64,000 nucleotides of DNA from Eledone cirrhosa (taxonomy: Eukaryota): assembly GCA_964016885.1 (NCBI GenBank), contig OZ024763.1:28210001-28274000 (forward strand), written 5' to 3'. Positions within the stretch are counted from its first letter, which is position 1. The number at the start of each line of letters is the position of its first letter. The translations under genes and the position numbers were made by a program. Under the pieces are notes generated by a model, which was not told where the DNA came from, did no database searches, and saw only the letters and a list, made by a program, of their open reading frames with translations. Below, in pieces: positions 53,894 to 64,000 of this stretch.

Positions 53894-54092
53894 ATATATA
53901 TATAATTATGTATATATATACACACACACACACACACATACATATATATTATATATATGCAGATATATATATATATATACATGCATATATATATATATAT
54001 TTATATACACACATACATACATATATATTATATATATGCAGATATATATATATATATATATGCATATATATATATTTATATACTCACACACA

Positions 54093-54182
<90 letters not shown>

Positions 54183-54449
54183 CACACATATATATATATA
54201 TATACACATACATATATATATATATATACACATACATATATATATATATATACACATACATATATATATATATATACACATACATATATATTATACCTAT
54301 GTATATATATATATATATATATGTATACATAATATATTTATATATATATATATGTGTATATATATATACATGCTACATGTATACATATATACATATAAGA
54401 GAGAGAGAGAGAGATGTATACAGATTTTATTCTGCCCTCATCCGCCCCC

Positions 54450-55950
54450 AGACCATCACCAACACCACACCCCCACCACACCCCCACCACCACCACGCCC
54501 CCACCATCACCCCCACACGCCCACCACCACCACCACACCCCCACCATCACCACCGCCACCAATACCACCACCAACACCATCACTACCACCAATACCACCA
54601 CACCACCACCAATACCATCCCAACACCACACCACCAACATCACCAACACCACACCAACAATACCACCACCAATATCACACCACCACCAATACCACCACCA
54701 ATACCATCACCAACACCACACCATCACGAATACCACCACCAATACTACCAACACCACACCACCACCATCACCAACACCACACCACCAATACCACCACCAA
54801 TACCACCAACACCACCACCATCACCAACACCACACCACCACCAATACCACCACCACCATCATCCATACCACCAATGCCATCACCAACACCACACCACCAC
54901 CAATACCACCATCACCCATACCACCAATGCCATCACCAACACCACACCACCACCAATACCACCACCACCATCACCCATACCACCAATGCCATCACCAACA
55001 CCACACCACCACCAATACCACCAATGCCATCACCAACACCACACCACCACCAATACCACCACCACCATCACCCATACCACCAATGCCATCACCAACACCA
55101 CACCACCGCCAATACCACCACCACCATCACCCATACCACCAATGCCATCACCAACACCACACCACCACCAATACCACCACCACCATCATCCATACCACCA
55201 ATGCCATCACCAACACCACACCACCACCAATACCACCACCACCATCACCCATACCACCAATGCCATCACCAACACCACACCACCACCACCATCACCCATA
55301 CCACCAATGCCATCACCAACACCACACCACCACCAATACCACCACCACCATCACCCATACCACCAATGCCATCACCAACACCACACCACCACCAATACCA
55401 CCATCACCCATACCACCAATGCCATCACCAACACCACACCACCACCACCAATACCACCACCACCATCACCCATACCACCAATGCCATCACCAACACCACA
55501 CCACCACCAATACCACCACCACCATCACCCATACCACCAATGCCATCACCAACACCACACCACCACCAATACCACCACCACCATCACCCATACCACCAAT
55601 GCCATCACCAACACCACACCACCGCCAATACCACCACCACCATCACCCATACCACCAATGCCATCACCAAAACCACACCACCACCAATACCACCACCACC
55701 ATCACCCATACCACCAATGCCATCACCAACACCACACCACCGCCAATACCACCACCACCATCACCCATACCACCAATGCCATCACCAACACCACACCACC
55801 ACCAATACCACCACCACCATCACCCATACCACCAATGCCATCACCAACACCACACCACCGCCAATACCACCACCACCATCACCCATACCACCAATGCCAT
55901 CACCAAAACCACACCACCACCAATACCACCACCACCACCACCATTACCAC
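54450..55950. repeat. 59-bp CAC-rich minisatellite
   Basis: Unit CCACCAATACCACCACCACCATCACCCATACCACCAATGCCATCACCAACACCACACCA; shifts 1 nt per 60-nt line. Confidence 0.92.
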
Positions 55951-56066
55951 TATTTCTAAAATGTGTCTTCTTCTCCTTCACCTTATCATCATCATAGACC
56001 TTATCCTCTGCCCCTCATTTTACCCATCATATTCCTCCTACTCCAACATTATTATTTTTATTATTA

Positions 56067-56122
<56 letters not shown>

Positions 56123-56234
56123 GCCGCCGTCGCCTCACCTTTATCAGGTCACATGGGCGTGTTTTTATTTATTTATTTTCTTTCCCAGTCTGGTCTGGAA
56201 TACGTTTGCAGCTTTTAACAGCATAAATATATAG

Positions 56235-56277
<43 letters not shown>

Positions 56278-56340
56278 TATGTATAGACATATGTATATGT
56301 ATGCACATGTATCTGAAATACATAAGTATACACACACACG

Positions 56341-56376
<36 letters not shown>

Positions 56377-57689
56377 CACACGTATATGTACATATATATA
56401 TATATAAATATATATACACACCATGTATGTATATATATATATAAATATATATACACACCATGTATATATATATATATATATACACCATGTATGCGTATAT
56501 ATATATGTATGAATATATATACGTATACACACATGTATGTATATATATACATATACACACATGTATGTGTATATATATATATACACACAAATACACACAT
56601 ATCTATGTATATTTATACACACACATGTATGTATATTTATATACATATTCTTTTCTTCCCTAATGCTTTCCTCCCCATTGCCTTCGTATGTAAATGTAAA
56701 GGAGAGCTTTGACTTCGCTTGGCCATTAACATACATAACATGACCAGCCATGCATTACATCCACAGTGTATCGCATATGATGAAGACGATGATGGTAATA
56801 GCGCTGTGTGTACTCCTCGTTTTGTGGTGGCCTAATATAGTGAGAGGGGTGCGTCGGGTTGCTTTGGATTTCGGTTAGGCAACGAGTTGGTTTGGGTTTG
56901 GTGGGCGTTACGGGACGGGACTCATGAGGAAATATAGTAGAGATAGAATAGAATATGGTCGGGTGAAGGATATTAGGTAATCTTTGTTGGATGTGGTGGT
57001 GGTGGTGGTTGTGGTGGTGGTGATAGTGTTGGCCTAATATATGGAAAGTGATATGTATCGGGTGGCGTGGTGGCGGTTAGGGTTTCGGTTGGATAACGGG
57101 TGGAAGCATGTGAAAAAAAGGAGTATAGAATATGGTCGGGTTAGCGGTATTAGGGGGGGGGGATATGGTGGTATGTAGCTGTGCTAGTGGGGGTAGTTTC
57201 TAATGGGGTGGAGAGAAGGTGTGATGGGAACCTTGGCTTTTTTGTTAGGAAACGGGTAGATGGAGCGTGAGGAGAACGGTATAGATCGAAATATGGTCGT
57301 GTTAAGAGGTTTAGGGAATGTGTTGGTGTTGGTGATGATGGTGGTGATTTTTATGTGGCGGTAGTATTGGTGGTGTTTGTGTGGTGGTTTTTATGTGGCG
57401 GTAGTATAGGTGGTAGTTGGTGGCGGTAGCATTGGTAGTAGTTGGTGATGGGGTTTGTGTAGTGGTTGTTGGTGGTGTTTATGTGACAGTAGTATTCGTG
57501 GTGGTGGTGGTGGTGGTATCTATGTGGCAGTAGTATTGGTGGTGTTTATATGGCAGTAGTATTGGTGGTAGTAGATGGTGGCGTTACGTAGCGGTAGTAT
57601 TGGTGGTGTTTATGTGGCGGTAGTATTGCTGGTGGTTGTTGGTGGTGTTTTATGTGGCAGTAGTATTGGTGGTAGTAGATGGTGGTGTT

Positions 57690-59560
57690 TTGTGGCGGTA
57701 GTATTGGTGGTGGTGGTTGGTGGTGGGTGGTGTTGTGTGGCGGTAGTATTAGTGATGGTCAGTTGGTGGTGTTTATGTGGCAGTAGTATTGGTGGTGGTG
57801 GTGGTTGGTGGGTGGTGTTGTGTGGCGGTAGTATTAGTGATGGTCAGTTGGTGGTGTTTATGTGGCTGTAGTATTGGTGGTGGTGGTGGTTGGTGGGTGG
57901 TGTTGTGTGGTGGTAGTATTAGTGATGGTCAGTTGGTGGTGTTTATGTGGCTGTAGTATTGGTGGTGGTGGTGGTTGGTGGGTGGTGTTGTGTGGCGGTA
58001 GTACTAGTGATGGTCAGTTGGTGGTGTTTATGTGGCTGTAGTATTGGTGGTGGTGGTGGTTGGTGGGTGGTGTTGTGTGGCGGTAGTATTAGTGATGGTC
58101 AGTTGGTGGTGTTTATGTGGCTGTAGTATTGGTGGTGGTGGTGGTTGGTGGGTGGTGTTGTGTGGCGGTAGTATTAGTGATGGTCAGTTGGTGGTGTTTA
58201 TGTGGCTGTAGTATTGGTGGTGGTGGTGGTTGGTGGGTGGTGTTGTGTGGCGGTAGTATTAGTGATGGTCAGTTGGTGGTGTTTATGTGGCAGTAGTATT
58301 GGTGGTGGTGGTGGTTGGTGGGTGGTGTTGTGTGGCGGTAGTATTAGTGATGGTCAGTTGGTGGTGTTTATGTGGCTGTAGTATTGGTGGTGGTGGTGGT
58401 TGGTGGGTGGTGTTGTGTGGCGGTAGTATTAGTGATGGTCAGTTGGTGGTGTTTATGTGGCTGTAGTATTGGTGGTGGTGGTGGTTGGTGGGTGGTGTTG
58501 TGTGGCGGTAGTATTAGTGATGGTCAGTTGGTGGTGTTTATGTGGCTGTAGTATTGGTGGTGGTGGTGGTTGGTGGGTGGTGTTGTGTGGCGGTAGTATT
58601 AGTGATGGTCAGTTGGTGGTGTTTATGTGGCAGTAGTATTGGTGGTGGTGGTGGTTGGTGGGTGGTGTTGTGTGGCGGTAGTATTAGTGATGGTCAGTTG
58701 GTGGTGTTTATGTGGCTGTAGTATTGGTGGTGGTGGTGGTTGGTGGGTGGTGTTGTGTGGCGGTAGTATTAGTGATGGTCAGTTGGTGGTGTTTATGTGG
58801 CTGTAGTATTGGTGGTGGTGGTGGTTGGTGGGTGGTGTTGTGTGGCGGTAGTATTAGTGATGGTCAGTTGGTGGTGTTTATGTGGCAGTAGTATTGGTGG
58901 TGGTGGTGGTTGGTGGGTGGTGTTGTGTGGCGGTAGTATTAGTGATGGTCAGTTGGTGGTGTTTATGTGGCTGTAGTATTGGTGGTGGTGGTGGTTGGTG
59001 GGTGGTGTTGTGTGGCGGTAGTATTAGTGATGGTCAGTTGGTGGTGTTTATGTGGCTGTAGTATTGGTGGTGGTGGTGGTTGGTGGGTGGTGTTGTGTGG
59101 CGGTAGTATTAGTGATGGTCAGTTGGTGGTGTTTATGTGGCTGTAGTATTGGTGGTGGTGGTGGTTGGTGGGTGGTGTTGTGTGGCGGTAGTATTAGTGA
59201 TGGTCAGTTGGTGGTGTTTATGTGGCAGTAGTATTGGTGGTGGTGGTGGTTGGTGGGTGGTGTTGTGTGGCGGTAGTATTAGTGATGGTCAGTTGGTGGT
59301 GTTTATGTGGCAGTAGTATTGGTGGTGGTGGTGGTTGGTGGGTGGTGTTGTGTGGCGGTAGTATTAGTGATGGTCAGTTGGTGGTGTTTATGTGGCAGTA
59401 GTATTGGTGGTGGTGGTGGTTGGTGGGTGGTGTTGTGTGGTGGTAGTACTAGTGATGGTCAGTTGGTGGTGTTTATGTGGCAGTAGTATTGGTGGTGGTG
59501 GTGATTGGTGGGTGGTGTTGTGTGGCGGTAGTATTACTGATGGTCAGTTGGTGGTAGTTG
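57690..59560. repeat. 85-bp GGT-rich minisatellite, about 22 near-identical copies
   Basis: AGTGATGGTCAGTTGGTGGT recurs every 85 bp (57751, 57836, 57921 and so on). Confidence 0.95.
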
Positions 59561-59847
59561 TTGGTGGTGTTGTGTGAGTGTGTTATTGTTAGTGGTGGAG
59601 GTGGTGATGTATGATGGCTGCAATGGTGGTGCTGGTTGTGGTGGTGATGTGCAGTAACTTTGGTAGTGGCTATGGTGGTAGTGGTGTTGGAGTGTGTGGG
59701 TATGTTGGTGGTGGTGGTGTTGCGGAGGCCTGTTGTGTAGGGGGTGCAGGTTTTTGTGCTTGGATGCGAATTGGCTGGGATATGTTTTTGAAGGTGACGC
59801 GTATTTGTGCGTGTATGCCTTCATGTTTTGCCTCTTACACGCATGTG

Positions 59848-59916
<69 letters not shown>

Positions 59917-60398
59917 TTATATATCCATACACATACACACACATACTCACATATATATATATATATATACACACACAATAATATGAATACATGTACATAC
60001 ATATATATATATATATGTAGGTAGATGTATGTGTATGTACACGTATACATCTATATATGTATATATATATGTGTGTCTGTATATATGTATGTATATAATA
60101 TATATGTGTGTGTATATATGTGTATATATATATGTATATGTAGGTATATATATATATATGTATATATATATGTATATATTTATGTAGGTATATATATATG
60201 TAGGTATATATATATGTAGGTATATATATATATATATGTATATATATATGTATGTATGTGTATATATATGTATGTGTATGTATGTATGTGTATATATATG
60301 TATATAAGTATGTATATGTATGTATGTATGTGTATATATATGTATATAAGTATGTATATGTAGGTAAATATATATATATATGTATATATATATGTAGG

Positions 60399-60429
<31 letters not shown>

Positions 60430-60467
60430 GTAGGTATATATATATATGTATATGTATATATATATGT

Positions 60468-60511
<44 letters not shown>

Positions 60512-60535
60512 ACCTACATATATATATGTATGCAA

Positions 60536-60589
<54 letters not shown>

Positions 60590-61017
60590 ACATGCACATG
60601 AAATGCCTTTCTACGTAAGTCCCTTTATATTTAGAGAAATGTATTCTATTGAGAAGAGGAAACCTTTGAAATGTCCCTGAGTAATAAACACCCGATTCCC
60701 ACCCGCCCATCCCTAACCTTCCATGTTTCAGCCCATCTATCTAGTTTTTCTGATTTCCCTCGAATTATAGGTATCAATTATTGACTGTGTATGTGTCTGT
60801 ATGTCTCTGTGTGTTTATGTAATCCTCAGCCTGTCTGTGTGCATGTGTATGTATGTAATTTTCAGTCTCAGTGTGTGTATGTGTTTGTATGTGTGTCTGT
60901 CTTTATGTGTGTGTGTGTGTGTGTGTGTCTTTGTAATTCTCAATCCTTGTGTGTGTCTGTAATTCTTAATTTCTCTTCCCCCTCCCTCCCTAGATCTCTC
61001 TCTTTCGCGCTCTCTCG

Positions 61018-61094
<77 letters not shown>

Positions 61095-61328
61095 TGTAAT
61101 TCTTAATCTCTCTCTGTATATATATATGTAAATCTGTGATTCTTAATCTGTTTGTGTGTGTGACACTCAATCTGTCTTTGTGTGTGTCTGTATATCAGTC
61201 TCTATCTGTGTGTGTGTGTGTGTGTGTGTCACTAAATCTGTGTCTGCGTATGTGCATATGTGTGTGTGTGTCTGTTTACCTTTGTCTGTGTATATATATG
61301 TGTGTGTGTGTGTATATATTTGTCTGCG

Positions 61329-61365
<37 letters not shown>

Positions 61366-61626
61366 CTGTGTATCTGTATATCTCTGTCTCGATCTGTCTT
61401 TGTGTGTGTCTGTATATCAGTCTCTATATGTCTGTGTGTGTGTGTGTGTGTGTCACTCAATCTGTGTCTGCGTATGTGCATATGTGTGTGTGTGTATCTG
61501 TATATCTTTGTCTGCGTATATATATATGTGTGTGTGTGTGTATAAATTTGTCTGTGTATATATATGTGTGCGTGTGTATATTTTTGTCTGTGTATATATA
61601 TATATGTGTGCGTGTGTATATATTTG

Positions 61627-61668
<42 letters not shown>

Positions 61669-62358
61669 AGTGTGTGTATCTGTATATCTTTGTCTGCGTA
61701 TATATATATATGTGTGTGTGTGTATATATTTGTCTGCGTATATATATATATATATATGTGTGTGTCTGTGTATCTGTATATCTTTGTCTCTATCTGTGTT
61801 TGTGTATTGTGAATATGTGCTTGTTTGTCTGTAAATCATTGTACAGTCTGTGTGTGCGCATGCGTATCTCTCTCTCTCTCTCTCTCTCTCTCCCATGTTA
61901 TACGTTTGTGATTATGTTCCATTGATGTTACGTAAGAGCGAGCCAGTCTCTATTGCCTCTATTGCAAGGAACGCTTTTACGGCCATAAGTTGGGTTAATA
62001 AAAATATATAGATTGGTTTGGGTTTGATTGTTCGGTGGGGGTAAGCATGGTGTGGGCTGGTGGTAGATAGCTGGCTGGTTGGTAGGGGTGGTTAGACAGG
62101 CTGGCAGGTGGGCAGACGTGCCTATAGGGAGCTAGGTAGGGTAGATATTTAAGTAAAGTGGCTATGGTCTTCTATCAAGCTAGCTAACTCTATCTAGATC
62201 TGCTTCTGTCTAGCTGTAGCTCTAGTTCTAGATAGCTTTTGTATATATATCATAGCTAGACATGTACTGTAGATGGAGGCATAAATGCAGGAATTCTTGG
62301 CCGCCTATTTTCTCCTCTACACTCCACACTGCGTGTGTGTCAGAATATACCTATATAT

Positions 62359-62436
<78 letters not shown>

Positions 62437-62445
62437 GTGTTTGTA

Positions 62446-62476
<31 letters not shown>

Positions 62477-62499
62477 AAGAATATATTTATATATATGTG

Positions 62500-62611
62500 T
62501 ATCAGTATATATATATATACATACATATATATATAATATACAGTATATATATATACATATATATATATAATATACAGTATATATATATACATATATATAT
62601 ATAATATACAG

Positions 62612-62643
<32 letters not shown>

Positions 62644-62837
62644 ATATACAGTATATATATATATAGTATATATATATATATATAGTATATATATATATAT
62701 ATATAGTATATATATATATATAGTATATATATATATATAGTATATATATATATATATAGTATATATATATATATAGTATATATATATATATAGTATATAT
62801 ATATATAGTATATATATATATAGTATATATATATATA

Positions 62838-62899
<62 letters not shown>

Positions 62900-63179
62900 T
62901 ATATATATATATATAGTATATATATATATATAGTATATATATATATATATAGTATATATATATATATATAGTATATATATATATATATAGTATATATATA
63001 TATATATAGTATATATATATATATATAGTATATATATATATATATAGTATATATATATATATATAGTATATATATATATATATAGTATATATATATATAT
63101 ATAGTATATATATATATATATAGTATATATATATATATATATACTATATATATATATATAGTATATATATATATATATA

Positions 63180-63220
<41 letters not shown>
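62500..63220. repeat. (TA)n array punctuated by G or CAG
   Basis: Variable TA runs with AGT or CAGT interruptions. Confidence 0.9.
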
Positions 63221-63226
<6 letters not shown>

Positions 63227-63330
63227 CAGGTGTGTGCATATATATATATATATCTGTATATATACATGCTTATATGTACGAGAAAATGTGTATTTTTATG
63301 TATAGGTATGTGCGTGCATATATATTTATG

Positions 63331-63377
<47 letters not shown>

Positions 63378-63762
63378 ATGTGTGCGTTTGTGTTCACTCT
63401 ATTTGAGAACATACAAAATCATAGACATTTACAGGCATTGGTATGGGTGATGCTGCTTCTGTTGCAGGTGGTGCTGCTGCTGGTGATATTGATATATGAC
63501 AGGTGCGAGAAGAGGTAGGGGGTGTTGTATTTGTCCCTCTCTTTCACTGTCTGAATATGAAACGGGTGGCTAACAAGAGACAGACAGAAGGGTGGATAGA
63601 TGGATGGCGGGGTAGATGGATGGATGGCTATGAAGAGAGTACGTATAGATGGGTGTAGGGCTGAATAGAGGCACCAAATAACGGATGGATGGGTGTATAG
63701 CCGGGTGGGTGGATAGATTGGTGGTTGGCTGGGTGTGTGTGTGTGTGTGTGTGTGATTAAGA

Positions 63763-63831
<69 letters not shown>

Positions 63832-64000
63832 TCACGCACAGACTTAGAATTACATAAACACATATGTATGGCTGGGTGGATATGTATATAGCTAAGGTGT
63901 GTAATGGCCGGGTGGATGAGTAGATTGATGGTTGGCTGGGTGTGTGTGATTAAGAATTACACACACACACACATACACACATACACACATACACACTGGG

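Noticed and set aside
53908-56218. Long ORFs of 683, 753 and 527 aa rich in His/Pro/Thr
   Set aside because: Made of (TA)n plus a 59-bp stop-free minisatellite open in all three frames; the period is not a multiple of 3
62160-62265. Cluster of AGCT/CTAG/AGATCT short palindromes
   Set aside because: Best explained as a decayed (TAGC/TATC)n microsatellite

Overview
This is AT-rich, microsatellite-saturated eukaryotic genomic DNA, most likely from an octopod cephalopod (inferred from the tRNA-derived SINE families and the extreme (TA)n/(CA)n/(CT)n load). No intact host protein-coding gene is visible. Nearly all ORFs in the supplied track are microsatellite artefacts. The only real coding remnants are two 5'-truncated non-LTR retrotransposon ends: an R4/Dong-type endonuclease tail at 6.9-7.15 kb and an RTE-type tail at 47.2-47.4 kb. 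The window also holds many Meta-domain and CORE-type SINE copies, a ~75-bp Tc1/mariner-type MITE family and many minisatellites. The main hidden signal is a set of short non-coding inserts in microsatellites that carry type I hammerhead ribozyme (HHR) motifs from several sequence-unrelated families, often arranged head-to-head. The best case (13.45-14.36 kb) is a 311-nt, highly structured, circularly permuted HHR-bearing unit. It is present as a partial tandem plus a perfect inverted copy, which suggests a retrozyme or circular-RNA-derived insertion. Three families share a non-canonical U.U pair at the base of stem II. A strong candidate recursive splice site (pyrimidine tract-CAG|GTAAGT at 31.49 kb) and a + strand pyrimidine skew suggest the window lies within a long intron. 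All structure calls were made by eye.
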